This document shows positions 34,246-43,770 of a DNA stretch of 64,000 nt, one piece after another. The translations under genes were made by a program, and so were the position numbers. Positions within the stretch are counted from its first letter, which is position 1; every line of letters starts with the position of its first letter. The notes under the pieces were generated by a model, which was given only the letters and a program-made list of their open reading frames with translations, was not told the origin of the DNA and did not search any database. The DNA is taken from NCBI GenBank assembly GCA_020073005.1, contig JAIQFX010000037.1, positions 18 to 64,017 of the forward strand, in the 5' to 3' direction. Source of the DNA: Terriglobia bacterium (GTDB taxonomy: Bacteria; Acidobacteriota; Vicinamibacteria; Vicinamibacterales; CAVVIG01).

Positions 34246-36489
34246 GTGCCCCTGCCAACCCCGATCCTCGACGATCGTTCCTACCAGCAGCTCCGCGACG
34301 AGCTGATCCGGCGCATTCCCGTCTACGCGCCCGAGTGGACCGATCACAACGCGAGCGATCCGGGCATCACGCTGATCGAGCTGTTCGCGTTCCTCGGCGA
34401 GAACCTGCTCTACCGCTTCAATCAGATTCCGGAAGCGACCAAGCTCGCGTTCCTCAAGTACCTGCAGATTCCGCTCCGGCCCGCGACCGCGGCGCGCGCG
34501 ATGGTCACGATCAAGACCTCCGGCACGAGCAGCTCGGTTCTCGTGCCGATCGCGACCGAGATGCGCGCCGGCTCGGTGCCGTTCGAGTCGCTCACCGAAG
34601 TGTCCGCGTGGCCGCTCGAGATCACCGCGATGGGCAAGATCGTCGCGGCGAAGCCGACGTCGCCCGACAGTCTCGAATTCACTGAAGCGGCGATCGCCGC
34701 GCGCGGCGGTCTGAAAGCGAAGGAGCAGGCGGCCTACTACACGAACGCGACCGTGCCCGGCGATCCGACGGCGGCGACGGCGGCGCCGGTGGATTTCTCG
34801 GTCGCCTCGACCTCGGTCGACTACTCGAAGTCCGTCGACGGCGCGATCTGGATCGCGGTCCGCAAGACCAAGGACACCGACATCGGCGCGCTCGACAAGG
34901 GACTTCTCAGTCTCGGCTTCGTGCCCGATCCCGTCGTCCCCACGATCGAAGAGATCGACGCGTGCCCAGGCGCGGGGCGATCGTCGAGCAGCGGCTCAGA
35001 AATGATCTGGCAGGCGTCGACGTCAACGCTCGAGGCGAACGGCCTGCCCGCCTACACGAGCATCACGGTCGAGCGAGACACGACGCGCGGTCTGGAAACG
35101 CAGGGCACCGTGCAGCTGCGGCTGCCCGACAACGTCGAAACGGCGCTCGGTGTGGTCGCGCTGTCCGACGTCGATCGCGGCGGCACCGACACGTTCCCGC
35201 CACAGATCGAGGACGACGATGTCGCGAAGTCGGTGATCTTCTGGCTGCGCGCGACGCGGCGCGATCCCTCGCGCCCGCTCGGCAAGATTCTGTTCATCGG
35301 CATCAACGCGACTGAAGTGGTGCAGATGATCACGGCGCCGCCGGAGTTCGTCGGCACCGGCACGGCGGGCGCCAGCCAGGTCTACAAGCTGGTGCACACG
35401 CCGGTCATCAACGGCACGACGTCGATCCAGGTCGAAGAGCCGCAGGGCTGGACCGATTGGCAGGCCGTCGACGGCTTCGAGGAAAGCACGGAAGACTCGC
35501 GGCACTACGTCCTCGATCCGGAAGCCGGAACGATCACGTTCGGCAACGGTGTGCGCGGCCGTGCGCCGCAGATCGGCGAACGCATCCGCGCGGTCGAGTA
35601 CCGGTACGGCGGCGGCGCCGATGGCAACGTCGGCGCAAAGGCGATCACGAAGATCGTCGGCGTCAGCAGCGTCGCCGCGAGCAATCCGCTGCCCGCCGTC
35701 GGCGGCGCGCCCGGCGAAACCGTCGCCGAAGGCCTCGAACGGGTCCCCGGCGAATTCCGCCGCCACGATCGCGCGGTCACGCAAAGCGACTTCGAAGAGC
35801 TCGCGCTCGCCACGCCCGGCGCTGGCGTCGGCCGCGCCGATTGTCTGCCGCTCTTCGATCCGCGAACGAAGAACCCCGATGCCGCCGGCGTCGTGAGCGT
35901 CGTCGTCTGGCCGCGCGAGGATCTCGCGCACCCGAACGCACCGGTGCCGGATCGCGCGCTGCTCTCACAAGTGTGCGAGTGCCTCGACGCGCGACGCCTG
36001 ATCACGACCGAGCTGTACGTGATCCCGCCCACGTACAGACGCATCGCCGTCGCCGTCGGACTGCAGGCGAAGCCCGGGTACGGCATCGAGGCCGTGCGGC
36101 GATGGGCCGAGCTCGTCGTCCGTCAGTACCTCTCGCCGCTTCCGCCGTACGGACCGTCGGGCGACGGCTGGCCGCTCGGCACCGACGTGTACGGACCGGA
36201 GCTCGAAGCCGCCGTGCTGCAGGTCGAAGGCGTGCAGTTCATCGAGTGCCTGCGTCTCGCGGTGTGGGACGAGACCAAGAAGGCGTGGGTCGAAGCGATG
36301 GCCGAGGCCACGACCGACGGGAGCAACTGCCCGCCGCGCGAAAAGATCCCGATGAAGGCGTGGGAAGTCCCCGAGGTCGCGGAGATCACGGTGGTGCAGG
36401 GCGACGCGATGACGCCGGGCGAAGCGCTCGGCCCGGTGACGCCGCCGCTCGTGCCCGTGCCGATCCCGACGATCAAGAGCGAGTGCTGA
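34246..36489 (+). CDS. baseplate J / gp6-like (Afp11-like) baseplate protein
   Basis: 747 aa with a GTG start. LDDRSYQQLRDELIRRIPVYAPEWTDHNASDPGITLIELFAFLGENLLYRFNQIPE ... RAVTQSDFEELALATPGAGVGRADCLP ... LITTELYVIPPTY. Confidence 0.85.
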   Translation: MPLPTPILDDRSYQQLRDELIRRIPVYAPEWTDHNASDPGITLIELFAFLGENLLYRFNQIPEATKLAFLKYLQIPLRPATAARAMVTIKTSGTSSSVLVPIATEMRAGSVPFESLTEVSAWPLEITAMGKIVAAKPTSPDSLEFTEAAIAARGGLKAKEQAAYYTNATVPGDPTAATAAPVDFSVASTSVDYSKSVDGAIWIAVRKTKDTDIGALDKGLLSLGFVPDPVVPTIEEIDACPGAGRSSSSGSEMIWQASTSTLEANGLPAYTSITVERDTTRGLETQGTVQLRLPDNVETALGVVALSDVDRGGTDTFPPQIEDDDVAKSVIFWLRATRRDPSRPLGKILFIGINATEVVQMITAPPEFVGTGTAGASQVYKLVHTPVINGTTSIQVEEPQGWTDWQAVDGFEESTEDSRHYVLDPEAGTITFGNGVRGRAPQIGERIRAVEYRYGGGADGNVGAKAITKIVGVSSVAASNPLPAVGGAPGETVAEGLERVPGEFRRHDRAVTQSDFEELALATPGAGVGRADCLPLFDPRTKNPDAAGVVSVVVWPREDLAHPNAPVPDRALLSQVCECLDARRLITTELYVIPPTYRRIAVAVGLQAKPGYGIEAVRRWAELVVRQYLSPLPPYGPSGDGWPLGTDVYGPELEAAVLQVEGVQFIECLRLAVWDETKKAWVEAMAEATTDGSNCPPREKIPMKAWEVPEVAEITVVQGDAMTPGEALGPVTPPLVPVPIPTIKSEC

Positions 36490-36490
36490 C

Positions 36491-38779
36491 ATGTCGGAGC
36501 TGCGACCCTTCGCGTTGCTGCGCACCGGCGATCAGTGGCTGCGGTGCTCGTACGAGGACACCGCGCTCGATCCCCAGGCGGGCATCGTCACGCTCGCATC
36601 GACGACCGCGACCGCGGACACGTCGACGCCGGCGCCGCCGCTCGGCGCGGGCCTCGCCTTCGATCACGAGTGCCGCCTGTATCACAGCACGGCGTCCGCG
36701 GACGGATCGGCCGATCGCGTCGAGCGCATTCTCTGGAAGGCGACCGATCCGCTCGGGCCGATCGCGGATCAGCCGCCGCCGCTGAATCTGTTCGACAGCC
36801 ATCGCGTCGACAGTCACGGAGACTTCGCGGCGGCCGAGGCCGAACGATCGCTCGTCGAACCGCGCGGGCTCGCCGTCGACTGCAACGATCGGCTGTTCGT
36901 CGCCGAGCGCGGCAGCGATCGCATCCTTATCTACGACCTGTGGAGCGAGCGTCTGGTCCGCCGCGTCGCGCTGCCGGGCACGCGGCCGTGCGATCTCGCG
37001 TCCCACGGCAACGACGTCTACGCCGTCCTCACCGGCACGAAGCAGATCGTCCGCCTGACCGCGAGCTCCGGACCCGCGCCGTTGGCGCTGCCGAACGGAT
37101 GCACGGATCCGTCGCGCGTCGCCGTCTCGCCGTCGGGCGCCGTCGCGATTCTCGAGAAGGCCGCTACGGCCAACGCGCGCGTCTGGTTCGCGGACGGAGT
37201 GTTCGCGAGCGTCGCCGTTCCCATGGCGACCGATCTCGAATGGGAATCGGACACGGTGATCGTCGTCGCGCGCCGGCCCGGCGCGGATTTCCATCGATAT
37301 CAGCTCACAGCGGGACAACCAGCGGTGCGACTGCCGTCGCTGCGCGGCCGCGACTACGACGGCCTCGGCATCGTCGCGCTGCCGGTCACCGAGTGTTCGT
37401 GCGCGACGAGCAAGAGCGCGAAGGATTCCGTCGAGCGCCGGATCGGTTACTGGACCGCATTCGGTTTCCGCACGGCCGTGCTCGCGCGGCAGGTCTACGC
37501 GCGCAGCGGACGCGTGACGACGTTCCGTCTCGACAGCGGCGCGTTCCAGACCGTGTGGGGCCGGCTGTTCGTCGACGCGTGCCTCCCCGAGGGCACCGAT
37601 CTGCGCGCGCACTTCATCGTCGCTGACGATGCCGACGATGAGACGCCGATCGTGCGCGGGGCGCCGGTCAACCTGGGCAGCAGCTACACGGTCGAGCACG
37701 CGGAGCTTTCACCGCCGCTGCCGCCCGCGGTGATGGCGCCGGACGCGGATGAAGTCGTGCAGCCGCTGCACGAGCGCGAGAGCGGACGCGAGCTGCCGTG
37801 GACCGCCGTTCCCGGCGATCGATTCGAGACCTTCGAAGCGCCGATCAACGCGCCGGCGGGACGGTATCTCTGGATCACGCTCGAGCTGCGCGGCAACACG
37901 CGCGTGACGCCGAAGGTCAGATGTCTGCGCGCGGAGCATCCGTCGCACGATTACCTGCGGCGCCTGCCGCGCACGTTTTCGCGCAGCGACGCCGCCGCGT
38001 CGTTCCTGCTGCGGTATCTCGCGATCTTCGAAGGCTTCCTCGGCGAGACCGAAGCGCGCGGCGTCGACCGCCATCTGCTGCTCGATCCGTGCTCGGCGCC
38101 CGCCGATTGTCTCCCGTGGCTCGCGAGCTTCGTCGGCTTGACTCTTGACGATCGCTGGGCGAGCGCGCCGGCGCCGTGCGGGCACGCGTCGCCGGATGCG
38201 AGGCGCCGCATCATCAAGGAAGCCGCGTGGCTGTTCCGCTATCGCGGCACGTTGCCCGGCCTCACGCGCTTCATCGAGCTGTACGTCGGATCGCCGGTCA
38301 TCATCATCGAGAAGTTCCGCCTGCGCGGCGTGGGCGCCGTCGTGCTCGGCGACCGCGAGACGTCGCACAACTCCATCGTCGGCGTCGGGTTCCGGATCGG
38401 CGGAGCCGTCAGCAGCGATACATCTACACCGGACACGCCGGATCAAATCGACGCCGACGCGTTCCGCACGCACGCGCATCGCTTCACCGTGATGATCCCG
38501 GCGCCGCTCACCGACGAGCAGCTCGACGTCGTCACGCAGATCATCAAGATTCATCGGCCGGCACACACGTCCTTCGACATCTGCACCGCCGGCGCCGGCA
38601 TGCGCGTCGGTCGCGGGCTGATGCTCGCGGTCTCGTCGATCATCGGTCCGACCGGCGCGTTCTCGCCGTTCCAGATCGCCGCCACGTCCGTGCTCGGCCG
38701 CGACGCGATCGTCGGCCGTCCGGCGGAGGGCGGCTCGGTCGGCAACAGCCGGCTCGGCGCCACGACGAGGATCGGGTAG
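36491..38779 (+). CDS. P2 gpI-like (Afp12-like) baseplate wedge protein with an N-terminal NHL/beta-propeller-like region
   Basis: 762 aa. PRGLAVDCNDRLFVAERGSDRILIYDL is NHL-like. YLRRLPRTFSRSDAAASFLLRYLAIFEGFLGETE ... CLPWLASFVGLTLDDRW ... EAAWLFRYRGTLPGLTRFIELYVG is the tail protein I domain. Confidence 0.8.
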   Translation: MSELRPFALLRTGDQWLRCSYEDTALDPQAGIVTLASTTATADTSTPAPPLGAGLAFDHECRLYHSTASADGSADRVERILWKATDPLGPIADQPPPLNLFDSHRVDSHGDFAAAEAERSLVEPRGLAVDCNDRLFVAERGSDRILIYDLWSERLVRRVALPGTRPCDLASHGNDVYAVLTGTKQIVRLTASSGPAPLALPNGCTDPSRVAVSPSGAVAILEKAATANARVWFADGVFASVAVPMATDLEWESDTVIVVARRPGADFHRYQLTAGQPAVRLPSLRGRDYDGLGIVALPVTECSCATSKSAKDSVERRIGYWTAFGFRTAVLARQVYARSGRVTTFRLDSGAFQTVWGRLFVDACLPEGTDLRAHFIVADDADDETPIVRGAPVNLGSSYTVEHAELSPPLPPAVMAPDADEVVQPLHERESGRELPWTAVPGDRFETFEAPINAPAGRYLWITLELRGNTRVTPKVRCLRAEHPSHDYLRRLPRTFSRSDAAASFLLRYLAIFEGFLGETEARGVDRHLLLDPCSAPADCLPWLASFVGLTLDDRWASAPAPCGHASPDARRRIIKEAAWLFRYRGTLPGLTRFIELYVGSPVIIIEKFRLRGVGAVVLGDRETSHNSIVGVGFRIGGAVSSDTSTPDTPDQIDADAFRTHAHRFTVMIPAPLTDEQLDVVTQIIKIHRPAHTSFDICTAGAGMRVGRGLMLAVSSIIGPTGAFSPFQIAATSVLGRDAIVGRPAEGGSVGNSRLGATTRIG

Positions 38780-38783
38780 CGCC

Positions 38784-40409
38784 ATGACTTCGATCGCCAT
38801 CGATCGCTTCAAGGCGCGCTATCGCACACCCGCGAGCGCGGTCCCGCGCCTGCGCCGGATCACGGACAGCGCGCTGACGAGCGTGCTCCCGCTCGTAGTC
38901 AATGCCGCCGTCGATCGATCAGGGATCGCGACGGACGGCTACGTCTGCGTTCGCGACCTGCACGCGACGGCGAGACTGCGTCTCGCGGAACCGGACTCGG
39001 CGCTGGCGACTCACCTTGGTGAGGCGATCGCGGATGCGATCCGCGCCGCGTTGCGCGACCCGTCGGCCGCGGCCGTCCATTACAGCTCGCGCGCGCAGGC
39101 GTTGATCGATCTCGCCGCCAGCGCGCTGGCAGGCGACTTCAGCCGGCGCTGGGCGTGGATGCAGATCGGCCTCTGGCGCACGGACGTGAACGTGAGCGCC
39201 GGCGCGGCCGCCGATCTTGTGCTCCGCGCGCTGACGCGCGAGCCGCGAGACGCGGCGGCGGTCGTGGCGTGGCTGGCGCGTCACCGTCCAGCTGCGCTGG
39301 TGTCGGTCATCACGCGGGCGACGCCGAGCCTGTGGACCTCGCTGGCCCGCGCGGCACTCGGCGCCACCGGCGCCGCTTTCGACGTGGCCGATCCGGGCGA
39401 CCGCGTCGGCGCACGGGTGCGCGCACGTGACGGCGAGCGCCAGCGCGCCGATCCGATCGGTCCTGACACGGTCGCGGCCGCGTCGCTCGTGGCACGGTCG
39501 CCCATCGCGCGCGTCGCGGCGGAATTCGCTCGCGATCTTCCCACCGGCTCCTGGCGCGCGCTCGCGACGCTCCTGCTGCTGGACGTCGAGCCTGCGACTC
39601 TCAGAAATGTGGCGGCCGATCGCGCCGGTGCGCTCGTCGCCGCCGTGGCGGGCGCGCTGAAGTTGCGGGCGCTCGCACCATTGCCGGCGTCAGACGCAGC
39701 GCAGACATCGGACGTTCGCGAGGCAGCAACGCCGACCGATGGTACTCGCGACACCAGATCGAAATCAGCGAACGAGCACCAGCGCGACGAGCAACGTCCC
39801 GCGCGCCACGATGCGTCGATCGAGACGCCGCTCGCCGCGGCCGAAGCGACGCAGGACGCGGCCACGCTCGATCGCGACGATGACGACGAACCGTTGCCGG
39901 AGGTTCGCGCCGAGGCATCGACGGAATGCGGCGGTCTCCTCTACCTGATCAACGTGGCCACGCGCCTCGCCCTGGCCGACGCCATCGTCCGCGACGATCG
40001 CTTGAAAGACCGCGGGCCGCGCTGGGTGCTCCATCAGATCGCAACGGCGCTGGCGTCGATCGCGCCGTCCGATCCCTCGGCGCTGGCGTTCGCCGGTCTT
40101 CCGCCGGACGCGCGATCGCCGTCATCGCTCGAAGCGTTGCCCACCGAAATCGAAACGATGGCCATCGGTGATCATCGCGCCGCGATCGTGCAGGCGCTGC
40201 GGGACGCGCTCGATCGGCCGGAGGAGCCGGAAGTCGATCTCCTGAATTTCGTCTGCCGCCGATCCGCCCGCATCGTCGCCGATCCGGGCTGGATCACCGT
40301 TCGCCTGGCGCTCGACGACGTGTCGCCGGACATCCGGCGCGCGGGTCTGGATCTCGATCCCGGGTGGGTGCCGTGGCTCGGCGTCGTCGTGAGGTTCACG
40401 TATGCGTGA
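38784..40409 (+). CDS. hypothetical protein; candidate tape-measure (Afp14-like) by position and C-terminal motif
   Basis: 541 aa, Ala/Arg-rich and helical-looking. It lies directly upstream of the AAA+ ATPase, as Afp14 does. The C-terminal CGGLLYLINVATRLALADAIV ... DPGWVPWLGVVVRFTYA resembles what I recall of CIS tape-measure C-termini. This is unverified. Confidence 0.45.
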   Translation: MTSIAIDRFKARYRTPASAVPRLRRITDSALTSVLPLVVNAAVDRSGIATDGYVCVRDLHATARLRLAEPDSALATHLGEAIADAIRAALRDPSAAAVHYSSRAQALIDLAASALAGDFSRRWAWMQIGLWRTDVNVSAGAAADLVLRALTREPRDAAAVVAWLARHRPAALVSVITRATPSLWTSLARAALGATGAAFDVADPGDRVGARVRARDGERQRADPIGPDTVAAASLVARSPIARVAAEFARDLPTGSWRALATLLLLDVEPATLRNVAADRAGALVAAVAGALKLRALAPLPASDAAQTSDVREAATPTDGTRDTRSKSANEHQRDEQRPARHDASIETPLAAAEATQDAATLDRDDDDEPLPEVRAEASTECGGLLYLINVATRLALADAIVRDDRLKDRGPRWVLHQIATALASIAPSDPSALAFAGLPPDARSPSSLEALPTEIETMAIGDHRAAIVQALRDALDRPEEPEVDLLNFVCRRSARIVADPGWITVRLALDDVSPDIRRAGLDLDPGWVPWLGVVVRFTYA

Positions 40410-42372
40410 CGCGCTCGCGTGCGCGGCGCGCATGAGCCGCGAAGTCGCGCTGATGGGCGGACGCCTGGCGCAGGCGATCGGACGCGCCCCGGCGGCGCAG
40501 GAAAGCGCCCTCGCCCAGGCGCTCGCGTTTCTGAACGGGATGCTGGCGGCGACGGCGGAGGCGCCCGCGCGCGCGCCAGACGACGTGGACCCGATCGAGC
40601 GAATCGCGGCGCGGCTGTCGCTGCCGCCTGAGGAAATCGCACTGATCGTGCTGGCGGCGATGCCCGAGGAGCACGAGGGCTACGCGAGCGTGCTGCGCGC
40701 GCTGCATCCGCGCGGCGAGCCGTTCGCCACCGCCGGCCTGGCCGCGCAGCTTTCGTGCGGCAGCCTGCGTGACCGGGCGTCACTGCGGCGTCTGCTCGAA
40801 GACGGCGCCGCCGCGACGCTCGGGATCCTCGCGCTCTCCGGCGACGCGCCGTTCTACGAACGCACGCTCACGCTCGCCGATGGCCTCTGGCCCGTGCTCT
40901 GCGGCATCGACGCATACCCCGCGGCGCTCCGGGCTGTTGCGGTCGCCGCCGCGCCGGCCGGCCTCGATCAATGGCTGGAGTCGCCGGAGATCGTTCGCGT
41001 GCGTCGCGCGATCGCCGCCGACGAGCGGAGGCTGATCCTGGCGGTCGCCGACTCGGAGACGGTCGCAATGCACCGCGCCGTGGCGATCGCGTCGGCCAGC
41101 GGCCGCGAGTGGGCGGTGTTCGAGCGCGCGCCCAACGCGACGGCCGCGTCGGATCGCCTGGCGCTCGCGCACGCGGTGGCGCGTGGCGCGCTGCCGGTGT
41201 TCGTGCCGGCCGCGTCCGAATTGCCGGCGACCGCGGCGCCGCCGGCGCTGGAGCGCTTTCCCGGATCCGTGATCGTCTGCGCGCGGCGCGGCGCCGCGAT
41301 CGAGAGCGGCGTCGATCTTCCGGTGTTGACGTTCGACGCCCGGCCGCTGTCGACGCTCGCGCGGGAGCGGATGTGGCGCGACACGCTGCCCGAGCTGGCC
41401 GATCACGCGCCCGCGCTCGCGTCGTGCTACGCGATCGAGCCGTCGACGGCCGCCGGCGTGGCGCTGGACCTTCGCGCGCGCGCCGCACTCAACGGCGGCG
41501 CGGTCGACGTGTCGTCGGTCGCCGACTGCGTGCGCGTGCGCTGCAGCCTGCCGGGCGGCGCCGGCCTCAAGCTGATCCGCCCGGCGGCGCGCTGGGATCA
41601 GCTCGTGCTGCGCCCCGATCGCAAGACGCTGCTCGTCGAGGCGCTGAACCGCCTTCGCCATCAGAGCACCGTGCTCGATCGCTGGAAGTTTCTCGACGGC
41701 CGGCCGGGCGCGCGCGGCGTGCGCGTGCTGCTCAGCGGTCCGCCCGGGACCGGCAAGACGCTGTCGGCGGAAGTCATGGCCAACAGCCTCGGCGTCGACC
41801 TGATGGTCGTCGACATCTCGCGCGTCGTGTCGAAGTGGATCGGCGAGACCGAGAAGCATCTCGCTCAGGCATTTGACGCGGCCGAACGCACGCGCGCGGT
41901 CCTGCTCTTCGACGAAGCCGATGCGCTCTTCGGCAAGCGCACCGAAGTGTCCGACGCGCACGATCGCTACGCCAACCTCGAGACGGCGTACTTGCTGTCG
42001 CGCCTCGAGCAGTTCGACGGCCTCGTGATCCTGTCGACGAACCTCAAGCAGAACATCGACACGGCGTTCCTGCGCCGCCTCGAATTCGTCGTGGACTTCG
42101 ACGAGCCGACCGCGAGCGAGCGGGAGACGTTATGGCGCTGCCATCTGCCGCCGCAGGCGCCGCTCGCCGGCGACGTCAACCTGCGCGAGCTCGCCGCGCT
42201 CTACCCCGTCGTCGGCGGCCTCATCCGCAACGCGTCGGTGGCCGCCGGCTTCCTCGCGGCGGCGGCCGATGCGCCGATCGGCCGCGATCACTTGATCGGC
42301 GCCGTCCGGCGCGAATACGACAAGTCGGCCAAAGCGTTTCCGGGCGCGCCCGCCGGCGCGCATCCGGTTTAA
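40402..42372 (+). CDS. AAA+ ATPase (Afp15/Pvc15-like assembly ATPase)
   Basis: 656 aa. VLLSGPPGTGKTLSAEVMA (Walker A), AVLLFDEADALFGKR (Walker B), LVILSTNLKQNIDTAFLRRLEFVVDF (sensor / Arg finger region). The long N-terminal non-ATPase region is as in eCIS ATPases. Confidence 0.85.
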   Translation: MRDALACAARMSREVALMGGRLAQAIGRAPAAQESALAQALAFLNGMLAATAEAPARAPDDVDPIERIAARLSLPPEEIALIVLAAMPEEHEGYASVLRALHPRGEPFATAGLAAQLSCGSLRDRASLRRLLEDGAAATLGILALSGDAPFYERTLTLADGLWPVLCGIDAYPAALRAVAVAAAPAGLDQWLESPEIVRVRRAIAADERRLILAVADSETVAMHRAVAIASASGREWAVFERAPNATAASDRLALAHAVARGALPVFVPAASELPATAAPPALERFPGSVIVCARRGAAIESGVDLPVLTFDARPLSTLARERMWRDTLPELADHAPALASCYAIEPSTAAGVALDLRARAALNGGAVDVSSVADCVRVRCSLPGGAGLKLIRPAARWDQLVLRPDRKTLLVEALNRLRHQSTVLDRWKFLDGRPGARGVRVLLSGPPGTGKTLSAEVMANSLGVDLMVVDISRVVSKWIGETEKHLAQAFDAAERTRAVLLFDEADALFGKRTEVSDAHDRYANLETAYLLSRLEQFDGLVILSTNLKQNIDTAFLRRLEFVVDFDEPTASERETLWRCHLPPQAPLAGDVNLRELAALYPVVGGLIRNASVAAGFLAAAADAPIGRDHLIGAVRREYDKSAKAFPGAPAGAHPV

Positions 42373-42384
42373 GGAGGGACGATC

Positions 42385-43746
42385 GTGACCGTTCTTGCAT
42401 TCTGGCAGCAGCAGCTCACGACGTATCAAGCGGCGCAATCAGCCGCGCAAAGCGATTTGAGCGCGGCGCAGGCTGCGCTCGCCGCGGCGAAGACGAAGCT
42501 GGACACCGACCAGCGGGCGCTGGCGGCCACGCTCGCCAGCATCGCGTCCGCGCGCGCGGCGCTCGCCGTGGCGACGATCCCCGCCGATGCGGCCGCGCTG
42601 ATCGAAACGATCACGCAGTCGATCATCACGCAACGGGCGCAGCAGGGGACGGTGCTCGACGATCAGGACGCGGTCGCGGAGGCGCAGGCATCCGCCGACG
42701 CGGCCGCGGCCACGCTCGCGCGTGCCGCTTCGCGCATCGCCAGCGTCACCTCGACGATCGCCGCCGTCACCGCGGACGACGATCGGCGTCAGGCCTACAA
42801 GACCGCGATCGCCGCCGCGCCGTTCAACACGCTCAAAGCGGACGCGACGACGTACCTCGCGAGCGCGACCGTGACCAACGCGACGACGCGGATCGGCGTC
42901 GACTTCCCGGACAAGATTCTCACCATCGCGGGCAAACGGCATGACGCGCGGACCGGCCGCGTCGACAGTCTGCACACCGTCGTCGAGAACGCGGAGGACG
43001 CGCTGGCGAACGAGCGCGACACCAACGGCGGACTGGCGGGCGCCGCCGCCAGCGCCCTCACCGAGTTCGCGCGCGCGGAAGCGGCGGTCGCCGACTACGT
43101 GGCGACCGCCAGCGTGAAGTTCACCAGGGCGCAGACCATCATGGCCGCGCTCGCAGCGATCCAGCTCGACAGCACGCTGCCCGACGTCCTGACCGACGCG
43201 GAGAAAACTCAGGTCGCCGCGCTCAAAGCCGCCGCAGCCGCCGCCGAGCCGACGGCCGAGACGCTCGACGGCGACCTCACCGACATCTTCGATGCCGAGG
43301 ACGACCTCGCCGCGCAGGTGCTGACGTCGATCGCGGCCAACGTCGACGGCCTCGCGAGCGATGCCACGATCACGGCCAAGAAAGCGGCCATCACGTCGGC
43401 GAAGAACGCGTTCGCCGCGGCGCTCGCCACGTTCAACGGCGCCAACAAGGACGATCTGGACGCGCTCGAAGCCGTGATTCCGGACACGGCGTGGCTGGTG
43501 CTCCTCGAGTACGAGGAAGGCATGGCCGCGCTCAACGAGATCGCCGGCATCACGCCGGCGACGCTCGCGTCCGCGATGGATGCCGCTGAGAGCACGTACG
43601 CCGCAGCGCTGGCCGCCGCGGCGCTTTCCGATCGACGCGTCGACGCGCTGTCGGACGCGATCGCGTATCAGCAGGATCGGCTCGACGCCGCGCGGGCGGC
43701 GATCGCCGCCCGCCTGCCGAGCGCGATTCGCGGCGACAGCTATTAG
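42385..43746 (+). CDS. Ala-rich, predicted all-helical/coiled-coil protein of unknown function
   Basis: 453 aa with a GTG start and a strong aaggaggg SD. It is very rich in Ala by eye and reads in a heptad-like way (AAQSDLSAAQAALAAAKTKLDTDQRALAATLASIASARAAL). No family is assigned. Confidence 0.55.
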   Translation: MTVLAFWQQQLTTYQAAQSAAQSDLSAAQAALAAAKTKLDTDQRALAATLASIASARAALAVATIPADAAALIETITQSIITQRAQQGTVLDDQDAVAEAQASADAAAATLARAASRIASVTSTIAAVTADDDRRQAYKTAIAAAPFNTLKADATTYLASATVTNATTRIGVDFPDKILTIAGKRHDARTGRVDSLHTVVENAEDALANERDTNGGLAGAAASALTEFARAEAAVADYVATASVKFTRAQTIMAALAAIQLDSTLPDVLTDAEKTQVAALKAAAAAAEPTAETLDGDLTDIFDAEDDLAAQVLTSIAANVDGLASDATITAKKAAITSAKNAFAAALATFNGANKDDLDALEAVIPDTAWLVLLEYEEGMAALNEIAGITPATLASAMDAAESTYAAALAAAALSDRRVDALSDAIAYQQDRLDAARAAIAARLPSAIRGDSY

Positions 43747-43770
43747 GACATCCACGAGGAGGATCGCGAA

